DNA from: Pedosphaera sp. | GTDB taxonomy: Bacteria > Verrucomicrobiota > Verrucomicrobiia > Limisphaerales > JADLHS01 | NCBI GenBank assembly: GCA_009695195.1 | Contig: SIBJ01000001.1 | Coordinates: forward strand, 53,581 to 117,580 | Direction of reading: 5' to 3' | DNA: 64,000 nt | In this document: piece after piece, positions 37,010 through 44,822 of the stretch | Layout of the letters: the number at the start of each line of letters is the position of its first letter | Position numbering within the stretch: the stretch's first letter is position 1 | Program-made: the position numbers and the translations under genes | The notes under the pieces: generated by a model | Told to the model about the DNA's origin: nothing | The model's input: the letters and a program-made list of their open reading frames with translations, nothing else | The model's database searches: none

Positions 37010-38272
37010 TTGAACGTCGAACTCATCAACACCGGCAGCGAATTGCTGCTGGGCCGCGTGCTCAACACGCATCAGCAATGGCTTTGCCGCCGGCTCGCGG
37101 ACCTCGGTTACGTCGTCACGCGGCAGGTGGCGGTGGCGGACACGGGGCAGGACATCGAGCAGGCGGTGCGCGAAGCGCTTGGGCGCGCGGACCTCGTCAT
37201 CACCACCGGCGGGTTGGGGCCGACTTCGGATGACATCACGCGCGATCTGGTCGCGCAGTTGCTCGGGAAAAAACTTCACGAAGACGCGGCGGCGCTGGCA
37301 AACATCGAGAGGTTTTTCACCCAACGCAAACGCGTGATGCCCGTGAGCGTGCGCGTGCAGGCACTCGTGCCAGAGGATTCAATCGTGCTCCAAAACAGGC
37401 ATGGCACCGCGCCGGGACTCGCGATGGAGTTGAAGCCAAATCAGTTTCGAGCGGGAGGCAAAAGCAGTTGGCTCGTGATGTTGCCGGGGCCGCCGCGCGA
37501 ATTGCGGCCGATGTTCAACGATCAGGTGGTGCCGTTGCTGAAGCGCGAGTTGCCGCTGGAGAGCGAGTTCGTCTGCCGCACGTTGCGCACGACGGGCATT
37601 GGCGAATCGCTGGTGCAGGAAAAAATCAACGCGCCACTGGCCGCGCTGGTCGCGAAGGGTCTGGACGTGGGATATTGCGCGCACGTCGGGCAGGTGGACG
37701 TGCGGTTGGCCGCGCACGGCGAAGCGGCGGGGGCGGTGGTGCGCGATGGCGAGGGCATCGTGCGCGCGCTGCTGGCGAAGGAAATTTTTGGTGAGGAAGA
37801 TGAATTGTTGGAAGCGGTGATCGTGCGGCGGTTGACGGAACGTAAACAAACGCTCGCCCTCGCGGAGTCCTGCACGGGCGGGGCGATTGCGCATCGGCTC
37901 ACGAATGTTTCCGGCGCGTCGGCGGTGTTGCTCGCGAGTCTGGTGACTTACAGCAACGCGGCGAAGGAAAAATTTATCGGCGTGCGCGCCGAAACGCTCG
38001 CGCAACACGGCGCCGTGAGTGAAGCCACCGCCCGCGAAATGGCCGAAGGTTCGCGGCGGGAAACGGGCGCGGACTTCGCACTCTCGGTGACGGGCATTGC
38101 CGGACCGACGGGTGGCTCGGAGGCAAAGCCGGTCGGAACGGTGTTCATCGGCCTGGCGAGCGCGAAGGAGACGGTCTTGTTGAAACAATTCAACCCGTAC
38201 GACCGCGAAACGTTCAAGCAAGCGACGGCGAACCAGGCGTTGGAAATGTTGCGCCGCGCCATCTTCGGTTGA
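37010..38272 (+). CDS. cinA: CinA-family protein (competence/damage-inducible; NMN amidohydrolase domain)
   Basis: TTG start; MNVELINTGSELLLGRVLNTH...ITTGGLGPTSDDITR and the C-terminal PncC-like domain ESCTGGAIAHRLT..GAS. Confidence 0.88.
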   Translation: MNVELINTGSELLLGRVLNTHQQWLCRRLADLGYVVTRQVAVADTGQDIEQAVREALGRADLVITTGGLGPTSDDITRDLVAQLLGKKLHEDAAALANIERFFTQRKRVMPVSVRVQALVPEDSIVLQNRHGTAPGLAMELKPNQFRAGGKSSWLVMLPGPPRELRPMFNDQVVPLLKRELPLESEFVCRTLRTTGIGESLVQEKINAPLAALVAKGLDVGYCAHVGQVDVRLAAHGEAAGAVVRDGEGIVRALLAKEIFGEEDELLEAVIVRRLTERKQTLALAESCTGGAIAHRLTNVSGASAVLLASLVTYSNAAKEKFIGVRAETLAQHGAVSEATAREMAEGSRRETGADFALSVTGIAGPTGGSEAKPVGTVFIGLASAKETVLLKQFNPYDRETFKQATANQALEMLRRAIFG

Positions 38273-38279
38273 ACCCGCC

Positions 38280-38819
38280 ATGCCCGGCCAGATCAAACAC
38301 GTCGCCGCGAACTTCGTCGCGGAGTTGTGTCCGAACTGCGCGATGTGTTGCAACGGCGTTTTGTTCAAGGACGTGGAACTGCAACCCGACGATGACGCCG
38401 CAAAACTGAAGGCGCTCGGGCTGCCGGTTTCCAAAGCGCGCGTCGCGAAATTTCCCCAGCCGTGCGCGGCGCTCGAAGGTTGCACGTGCCGGATTTACGC
38501 CGACCGGCCGGTGCGCTGCTGGGATTTTGATTGTGCGTTGCTTCAGTCGGTCGCCAGCGGCGAAACGGACACGACAGCAGCGTTGCGGGTGATTCGTCGG
38601 ACGCGCGAGCGGTCGGAAAAAGTCCGCGCTTTGTTGCGGGAAGCCGGCGACACGGAGGAAACCCTCGCCCTGAGTCTGCGATTCAAGCGGACGAAGAAAA
38701 AGTTTGAGTCCTCGCCGCCGGACGATGAACGGGCCGACACCTTCAGCCGCCTCACGCTGGCCGTGCATGACCTCAATCTATTGCTGAGTGAAAAGTTTTA
38801 TCCATCGCCGGCGGACTGA
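38280..38819 (+). CDS. YkgJ-family cysteine-cluster (putative Zn/Fe-chelating) protein
   Basis: CPNCAMCCNG ... CAALEGCTCRIYADRPVRCWDFDC matches the CxxCxxCC pattern of UPF0153/YkgJ. It has a helical C-terminal tail. Confidence 0.7.
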   Translation: MPGQIKHVAANFVAELCPNCAMCCNGVLFKDVELQPDDDAAKLKALGLPVSKARVAKFPQPCAALEGCTCRIYADRPVRCWDFDCALLQSVASGETDTTAALRVIRRTRERSEKVRALLREAGDTEETLALSLRFKRTKKKFESSPPDDERADTFSRLTLAVHDLNLLLSEKFYPSPAD

Positions 38820-38846
38820 GCGATTCGATCAGTCAGGCGGACGCGA

Positions 38847-38959
38847 GTGGCGCGCGGCGATCACGCCGCTTCAGCGTCCGAACCGAAGGGAGTGGTCGTT
38901 TTGTATTCGACGCTACCAAGCGCTTGTGCGGTGAAGCGGCGTGAACGCCGCGCGCCGCC
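38847..38959. repeat. Hairpin repeat, family L (GGCGCGCGGCGATCACGCCGCTTCA arms)
   Basis: GTGGCGCGCGGCGATCACGCCGCTTCAGCG ... CGGTGAAGCGGCGTGAACGCCGCGCGCCGCC, with arms separated by about 55 nt. It lies between convergent genes. Confidence 0.6.
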
Positions 38960-38960
38960 T

Positions 38961-39776
38961 TCACACACTGGTCAACCCCGGCAACTTTTCCTCCAGCGCG
39001 GCCCGGAACTTCGCGGCGATTTTGGCGAAGCCTTCCTCGGTGGGATGCAATTCGTCGCCCCAATCGTTTCGCGTGAGCGTTCCCTGGGTGCGGACGTAAC
39101 ACCAGTTCTCGTGCGTTTGCTCGAGCGCCGTGTGCAGGTCGTCAAATTGCGAGAGCAGGTGGTCGATGATCTTTTGCTGGATGACATTGTTCACGATGCC
39201 CTTTTCCTCCTCCATGTATTGTTTGATCCACGGGCCGATGGCGAAGCACAGGAAATGCACCGGCTTGCCACTGACAACGGCGTAATCATAGGCATGCGTG
39301 AAAATCCACGCCTGCGGCTGGTAATCATCGCGCAAATGGGCCAGTTCCTCATACGCCAGCTTGATGGCCGCGAGCCGCGCCTCGAAACGCGTGTGGTTGA
39401 TGCACTGCATGTAGTCCATGCCGTCCTGATAATCGTTGAGCAGCGGCAGGAGTGAAGCGCCGACGATGTCGTTGCCGCCGCCGCTGAACAGGATGGCGTC
39501 CACCGCCACGTTCGCGTCGCGCAGCCGGTGTTGGAGGTTGAGGAATTCGGTGTATTGCTCGCCGCACATCATTTCGCGCGCCTCGTCGCCATTGCTTTGC
39601 AACTGGAACCACGTCGCCTGGTCGCCGTAGGCCTTGATGAGATGCTGGATGAGGCTCACGCGCAGCAGGGCGGGGAAGGCGAACCACGAGTCGCCTTCGA
39701 CGACAATGCCCTTGGCACCGGCGCGCTTGAGACGGACGAAATGTTGGAAGTTTGATTCGGGTCTGACTTCAGGCAT
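38961..39776 (-). CDS. SGNH/GDSL-type hydrolase
   Basis: Block I GDSWF, block III GGGND and block V DELHP. Start placed at ATG 39776 (MPEVRPE); the track start is 39848. Confidence 0.7.
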   Translation of the reverse strand: MPEVRPESNFQHFVRLKRAGAKGIVVEGDSWFAFPALLRVSLIQHLIKAYGDQATWFQLQSNGDEAREMMCGEQYTEFLNLQHRLRDANVAVDAILFSGGGNDIVGASLLPLLNDYQDGMDYMQCINHTRFEARLAAIKLAYEELAHLRDDYQPQAWIFTHAYDYAVVSGKPVHFLCFAIGPWIKQYMEEEKGIVNNVIQQKIIDHLLSQFDDLHTALEQTHENWCYVRTQGTLTRNDWGDELHPTEEGFAKIAAKFRAALEEKLPGLTSV

Positions 39777-39958
39777 GGCGATTCCTTTGGGTTGGTTGTG
39801 ATCGTTCCGGGCCGGCCCAAACAAAACTGATTTTGACGCTGGGGGCAAGTGCGCAACGCGCGAAAAATATGCCTGCTCTCATGCTAGGATTGGATCATTG
39901 CGCCCGGAGCAATGGAACCGCGAGCAGGAAGCCGTTTCGCAACGGTCGAAGGAATTGA

Positions 39959-40162
39959 CACAGGACCTGGCGGGAGCCGAAGCTCAAACCCAACCCCGAT
40001 GTGACGCGCAGCCTGGCAGAATATCGTGTGACGGATCAGCGGCGTCTGGAATCATTACAGTTGACCGATGACACGGCGGAGATTTTCGGACAGTTGACGC
40101 TCGCGGTGCATGATTTGAATCTCGCGTTGCGCCAGCATTTTTATCCCGCCGCCACGGATTGA
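39959..40162 (+). pseudogene. 3' fragment of a YkgJ-like paralogue (no start codon, upstream frame broken)
   Basis: The stop-to-stop frame translates to ...SLAEYRVTDQRRLESLQLTDDTAEIFGQLTLAVHDLNLALRQHFYPAATD*. This parallels the C-terminus of the 38280-38819 product (...ERADTFSRLTLAVHDLNLLLSEKFYPSPAD*). Confidence 0.5.
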
Positions 40163-40312
40163 GTGGTTTGCCGCGAGCCACATGAGGTCCGTTTGCCGTG
40201 GCTTGTCTCCTGCTAAAACTAATGCGGGTAGGAACGCCGCCGTTCGTGGAATTGATGCGGCGCTGACCTGGCGGATCGCGTGATCCGGGGAAACCGCCAA
40301 AGAGGCAAGTTT

Positions 40313-40528
40313 ATGACAGCCGAAAACTTCGTGGACCTGATCGAGGAGATGGTGGACGTGAAACTCCAGCAACACGTGGAGTCGCACATGAAACCGACGC
40401 CGGAGATCGCCGCCATTCTCGCGGAGAAAAAAATGACAGACGGACGGAGACTGAAACAGATTCGCGCGGAATTGATCCGGGCGTTAGGTGAAGGCGAAGC
40501 GCCAACCCGCCAGTTGCAAAGCGCGTGA
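40313..40528 (+). CDS. Small hypothetical protein (71 aa)
   Basis: ATG 40313 is preceded by AAGAGG. The predicted product is helical and charged (MTAENFVDLIEEMVDVKLQQH...). No recognisable family. Confidence 0.4.
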   Translation: MTAENFVDLIEEMVDVKLQQHVESHMKPTPEIAAILAEKKMTDGRRLKQIRAELIRALGEGEAPTRQLQSA

Positions 40529-40543
40529 AGCGCGCGGCCGCGG

Positions 40544-41461
40544 TCAGGCCGCGAGGATTTTTCCCAGTCGCGTCGCGAGGTCTTTCAACCCGTCGAGCGT
40601 GCCGCCGCCGCCCTGCTCGGTGATGGCCCAGCCGTGATAGCCCACGTCGTCGAGGGCGCGCAGGACGGTGGGCCAATTGTTTTCACCCTCAAGCAGCGGC
40701 ACATTGAAGCCGGCCCATTTGCCTTCCTTGTCGGCCTTGGTGCGGCTGAATTCCTTGATGTGCAATTTCTGGATGCGCTTGCCGAGCACGCGGATCCATT
40801 GTTCGGGCCAACCGGTGTTGATGACGTTGCCCACGTCGAAATGCCAGCCGACGGCGGGGCTCTTGAATTCGTCCACGAAGCGCGCGGCTTCGAGCGGGCT
40901 GAGGAGGAAATTGTTCCAGACGTTCTCAATGGCGATCTTCACGCCGAGTTCTTCGGCGAGCGGGACAGCTTTGCGGATTTCCGCCTGCGCCCGTTGCCAG
41001 GCGTCGGCATAGGAAACCTCCTTGTTCACGACGCCGGGAACGAGGAGGACGGAGGTCGCGCCGTAGCGTTTGGCGTCGCGGAGACATTGTTTCAACGCGG
41101 CGAGACCTTCCGCACGAATTTTCGGATCGGGATCGGTGAGCGGCTTGGCCCAATGCTGCGCGCCACAGACGCTCGGGATTTCGAGGCCGGCTTCGTCGCG
41201 CGCTTTCAACACTTCGTCCGCGTTCATGTGGCTCATCATCTCGACGCCGGCAAAGCCCGCTTCTTTTATGGCTTTCATCTTCTCGATGATCGAGCCTTTG
41301 AAGCCAACAGTGCCCCACATGATGGCCTTCTCGATTCGGCGCCCAGCCGCCGGCGACGCGGCTTGGTCGCGCGGCGCAACACATCCCGGCGCGACGGCGG
41401 CCACGGCGAGCGTCGCGCCGGTGGCTTTCAAAAAATCCCGGCGGGTGAAAACTGTTTTCAA
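40544..41461 (-). CDS. TAT-signal sugar phosphate isomerase/epimerase (xylose isomerase-like TIM barrel)
   Basis: Twin-arginine motif TRRDFLKATGATLAVAAV; TIM-barrel motifs (GFAGVEM, ENVWN, HIKE). Start proposed at TTG 41461, 20 nt after the upstream stop. Confidence 0.8.
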   Translation of the reverse strand: MKTVFTRRDFLKATGATLAVAAVAPGCVAPRDQAASPAAGRRIEKAIMWGTVGFKGSIIEKMKAIKEAGFAGVEMMSHMNADEVLKARDEAGLEIPSVCGAQHWAKPLTDPDPKIRAEGLAALKQCLRDAKRYGATSVLLVPGVVNKEVSYADAWQRAQAEIRKAVPLAEELGVKIAIENVWNNFLLSPLEAARFVDEFKSPAVGWHFDVGNVINTGWPEQWIRVLGKRIQKLHIKEFSRTKADKEGKWAGFNVPLLEGENNWPTVLRALDDVGYHGWAITEQGGGGTLDGLKDLATRLGKILAA

Positions 41462-41481
41462 ATTTCGAGGCGCGGCGGTGT

Positions 41482-42783
41482 TCAGGTCAGTTTCGAGAAG
41501 CCCGGTACGGCCATCGGCGGGACATCGAGTTTCATTTTCCAATCGAGTTTTTCGGGGACGAGTTGTTCCTCCGAGTTGAACGCTTCCTCCCACGTGACTT
41601 CCTGTCCGGTGTAGGCGGCCATGCGGCCCATGATCGCCATCATCGTGCTGTTCACCATCCGCGTGCTGTCGTTGATCGGTTCGCCTTTGCGAATGCTCGC
41701 GAAGAGTTCGTCGTGTTCCTGTTGATACATATCAACGGGGTTGGGGCCGCGATAACGCCAGGCTTCCTTGCCGTGAATCACGGGTCCGGCGGCGCCGGTG
41801 ATTTTCGCCGTGCCGCTCGTGCCGAGGATGTAATCGGAAACTTCGCCGTGAGCGTTGCTGAGCTGCCGCTGGCCCATGAACGCGCGCACGTCGTTGGGAA
41901 ACTCGTAGGTGACGAAAATATGATCGTAGATGTTGCCCTCATGGTTCGGGGAGTTGCGCCCGCCAACCGCCAGGGCTTTGAGCGGCGAGGTGTCTTTCAT
42001 CGCCCACGCAATCTTGTCCACGCTGTGGACGGCCTGCTCAACCAGGCCATCGCCGGACAGCCAGACGAAGTTATACCAATTCCGCACCTGCCACTCCAGA
42101 TCACCCATGCCAGCCGGGCGCTTGGCGGCGGGCGGCATCGGCTTCACGGGGCCCGCAAAGTAATTGGCATGAACGGCGCGGATTTCCCCGATCGCACCGG
42201 CGTGGATGCGTTGATAAAACTCCCGGCGCGCGGCCTCGTAGCGCCAGCAGAATCCGGCCACGAGCGAAAGTTTCTTCTCCTTCGCCAGCTTACCCGATTC
42301 GATCACGGACCGCACACCCGGCGCATCCGTGGCCATCGGCTTCTCGCAAAAAATGTGTTTGCCCGCCGCCACAGCGGCCTGGAGGTGAACCGGTCGAAAT
42401 CCTGGTGGCGAGGCCAGCAACACCACGTCCACCCCGCTCTCGATGACTTTTTGATACGCATCCAGGCCAACAAAACATTTTTCCGGCGTCACCTTCACCC
42501 GCCCGGGATGCGCCTTTTGCAACGCGGCGAGGCTGCCGTTGATTTTTTCCTCAAACGCGTCGCCCAGTGCGACCAGCACGACATTCTTGTCGGCGTTGAG
42601 CGCCTGGTCCGCCGCGCCCGAGCCGCGCCCGCCGCACCCGATGAGGCCGACGCGGAGGGTCTCGCTGTTTTCGCCGGCAAAAAGTCTCCCGGAGAGAATG
42701 GCGGGCGCGGAAAGAACGGCGCCCGCGGCGGCGGAGGTTTTGAGAAAATTTCGGCGGGTGGTGAGGAGGTCTGGATCAGTCAT
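41482..42783 (-). CDS. TAT-signal Gfo/Idh/MocA family oxidoreductase
   Basis: TTRRNFLKTSAAAGAVLSAP, then the Rossmann motif LRVGLIGCGGRGSG and ...HIFCEKPM. Confidence 0.85.
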   Translation of the reverse strand: MTDPDLLTTRRNFLKTSAAAGAVLSAPAILSGRLFAGENSETLRVGLIGCGGRGSGAADQALNADKNVVLVALGDAFEEKINGSLAALQKAHPGRVKVTPEKCFVGLDAYQKVIESGVDVVLLASPPGFRPVHLQAAVAAGKHIFCEKPMATDAPGVRSVIESGKLAKEKKLSLVAGFCWRYEAARREFYQRIHAGAIGEIRAVHANYFAGPVKPMPPAAKRPAGMGDLEWQVRNWYNFVWLSGDGLVEQAVHSVDKIAWAMKDTSPLKALAVGGRNSPNHEGNIYDHIFVTYEFPNDVRAFMGQRQLSNAHGEVSDYILGTSGTAKITGAAGPVIHGKEAWRYRGPNPVDMYQQEHDELFASIRKGEPINDSTRMVNSTMMAIMGRMAAYTGQEVTWEEAFNSEEQLVPEKLDWKMKLDVPPMAVPGFSKLT

Positions 42784-42871
42784 AATCGGTTACGGGCAGT
42801 GTTGCCCTGCCCATTGTACGCCGTCAAGCGTGGCCTCGTATTCTCTTATTCGCGGCGGCGACTTTTTTGGC

Positions 42872-42915
42872 CGCAGAGAAAACAGAAAGCGGCCAACTGA
42901 AATCAGTTGGCCGCT
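42872..42915 (-). terminator. Rho-independent terminator of the Cys-rich protein gene
   Basis: A perfect 12-bp stem AGCGGCCAACTG / CAGTTGGCCGCT (42888-42899 and 42904-42915) with a 4-nt loop. On the minus strand it is followed by TTCTGTTTTCTCT. Confidence 0.65.
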
Positions 42916-42936
42916 TCGTGAAACCCTTACGCCTTG

Positions 42937-43242
42937 CTAGTTCTTCTTATCTTCCTTCTTCTCCGGATTGCATTTTTCGCAGACCTTGCTGTCTTTCGAT
43001 GCTGCCACGCAGCATTTGTGAGTGCACTCCTTGCCCGCCGCAATGGCTTTGTCGCAACAATTATTCGCGTCGGTTTGGCACTTCTCGCACAGCTTGGCGT
43101 CCTTGTGCGCCGTCACGCAGCACTTGTGCTCGCACGCTTTGCCTTTGGCTTTGGCTTTGACGCAGCAACTCTCAGCATAGACTGGACTGGCTAACAGCGC
43201 ACAGGCGAATACCGTAGCAATCAATGTCTTGAACAGTTTCAT
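42937..43242 (-). CDS. Small secreted Lys- and Cys-rich protein with an internal duplication
   Basis: Signal peptide MKLFKTLIATVFACALLASPVYA. The mature part has two copies of CC-x9-C-x3-CC-x9-C-x2-C (CCVKAKAKGKACEHKCCVTAHKDAKLCEKC and CCDKAIAAGKECTHKCCVAASKDSKVCEKC). It has its own terminator. Confidence 0.7.
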   Translation of the reverse strand: MKLFKTLIATVFACALLASPVYAESCCVKAKAKGKACEHKCCVTAHKDAKLCEKCQTDANNCCDKAIAAGKECTHKCCVAASKDSKVCEKCNPEKKEDKKN

Positions 43243-43508
43243 TTTTTTAACCTTTCTCTGATGGTTTGGTTATTTGAACGCACCCGCTTGCTCGGATTTC
43301 CGATACAACTTCCGCCGGACGTAGAGCAATTTGGCAACGGGTGCATTGTATCGGGAAACGGACGGCTGTCCACCCGGTTTTATTCGGTTCGCCAACGCGC
43401 CCGGGCGAAAACACTCCAACAATCAAACTTTGTGAAATTAATCACAAAACGCCTTGCCTCGCCGCCAACGCCTGTTAGCCTCCTCCTAGGCGGTGTTGCC
43501 CGGCTTTT

Positions 43509-44018
43509 ATGCGTTCCCAAACTGAATTTGGCTACGATTCCCGAATCGAGGGGGATGTCATCCACACCCGCGTGGATGCAGCCCTAAATTGGTTTCGCAA
43601 GAACTCCATCTGGCCGATGCCGATGGGGTTGGCGTGTTGCGCCATTGAGCTGATGGCCACGGGCGCGAGCCGGTTCGACATCTCGCGCTTCGGCATGGAA
43701 GTCATGCGGTTTTCACCCCGGCAATCCGACTGCATGGTTGTCGCCGGCACGGTGACCTACAAGATGGCGCTGGCGGTGAAGCGCATCTATGACCAGATGG
43801 CCGAGCCGAAATACGTGATCGCCATGGGCGCGTGCGCCTCGACGGGCGGAATGTATCGGAGCTACTCGGTCTTGCAAGGGGTGGACAACATCATCCCGGT
43901 GGACGTTTACGTGGCGGGCTGTCCGCCGCGACCCGAGGCGTTGCTGGACGCGCTGATGAAATTGCAGAACAAGATTCAGTGCGAGCCGTTGCTGGCGGAT
44001 TTGAAGAAAGCAAGCTGA
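43509..44018 (+). CDS. nuoB: NADH-quinone oxidoreductase subunit B
   Basis: [15 protein letters not shown]...GACASTGG...VAGCPPRPE (the N2 cluster cysteines). Confidence 0.92.
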   Translation: MRSQTEFGYDSRIEGDVIHTRVDAALNWFRKNSIWPMPMGLACCAIELMATGASRFDISRFGMEVMRFSPRQSDCMVVAGTVTYKMALAVKRIYDQMAEPKYVIAMGACASTGGMYRSYSVLQGVDNIIPVDVYVAGCPPRPEALLDALMKLQNKIQCEPLLADLKKAS

Positions 44019-44029
44019 ACGGACTTTGA

Positions 44030-44105
44030 GACACGGATTTCACGGATTTCCACGGATTCAACAATTCTGGAAATCAATCCGTGAAAATTCGTGAAATCCG
44101 TGTCT
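44030..44105. repeat. Hairpin repeat, family F (ACACGGATTTCACGGATTTCCACGGATT arms)
   Basis: AGACACGGATTTCACGGATTTCCACGGATT ... AATCCGTGAAAATTCGTGAAATCCGTGTCT. It fills the nuoB-nuoC spacer. Confidence 0.65.
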
Positions 44106-44115
44106 GATTTTAGTT

Positions 44116-44694
44116 GTGAGCGCAGTTGACCAGACAAAGAAACTCAGAGCGCAGTTCGGAGATTTGGTCTCCGAACCGACGGAGTTTCGCGGTGAGCTTT
44201 CGCTGAACGTCGCGGACGCCGAGCGCGTCGTCGAGGTGTGCGAGTTCGCGAAGAAGGAACTGGGCTTCAACTATCTCGTGGACGTTTCGAGCGTGGACAA
44301 TTACGGCGACGACCCGCGCTGGACGATTGTTTATGAACTTTACGGCATCGCTCACAACCAATATCTGCGACTCAAGACGAACGTGAGCGAGGAGAAGTCC
44401 GAGTTGCCGACGGTCACGGGCGTGTGGCGCACGGCGGATTGGCACGAGCGCGAAATTTACGACATGATGGGAGTCCGCTTTCGCGGGCATCCCGACTTGC
44501 GCCGCATCATCATGTGGGAAGGCTATCCTTACTTTCCGTTGCGCAAAGATTTTCCGCTCGGCGGCAAACCGACCGAGTTGCCGGACGTGGCGTTCAGCCA
44601 ACCCGCACCCATCGAAGGCGGCCCGTTCGTCACCGCGCCGGGCGGCAAGAATGCCATCGAGCGCGAGCCGCGCGTGCGAACGCCGGAGAACTGA
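44116..44694 (+). CDS. nuoC: NADH-quinone oxidoreductase subunit C
   Basis: GTG start; ...VWRTADWHEREIYDMMGVRFRGHPDLRRI... is typical of NuoC. Confidence 0.9.
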   Translation: MSAVDQTKKLRAQFGDLVSEPTEFRGELSLNVADAERVVEVCEFAKKELGFNYLVDVSSVDNYGDDPRWTIVYELYGIAHNQYLRLKTNVSEEKSELPTVTGVWRTADWHEREIYDMMGVRFRGHPDLRRIIMWEGYPYFPLRKDFPLGGKPTELPDVAFSQPAPIEGGPFVTAPGGKNAIEREPRVRTPEN

Positions 44695-44713
44695 TTTCAT
44701 GGCTAAAGAATTT

Positions 44714-44801
44714 AACGCAGAGACGCAGAGGCCGCAGAGAGACGCGAAGGAATTCTTTGTGTTTTCTCTGCGAGCCTCTGCGGCCTCTGCGTCTCTGCGT
44801 T
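44714..44801. repeat. Hairpin repeat, family G (AACGCAGAGACGCAGAGGCCGCAGAGA arms)
   Basis: AACGCAGAGACGCAGAGGCCGCAGAGAGACGCG ... CTCTGCGAGCCTCTGCGGCCTCTGCGTCTCTGCGTT. A second copy lies at 54057-54153. It fills the nuoC-nuoD spacer. Confidence 0.7.
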
Positions 44802-44822
44802 TATTCGGCAACAATTAAGGCA

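Noticed and set aside
36741-37013. Small ORFs in the M48-cinA gap (a 20-aa ORF at 36741-36803 and a 67-aa ORF at 36810-37013).
   Set aside because: They have no ribosome-binding site, no family resemblance and mutually inconsistent frames. They are mentioned only as possible gene remnants.
43261-43587. A 108-aa ORF upstream of nuoB, considered as a candidate nuoA.
   Set aside because: It is not hydrophobic and lacks the three TM helices expected of NuoA. It also overlaps the well-supported nuoB start.
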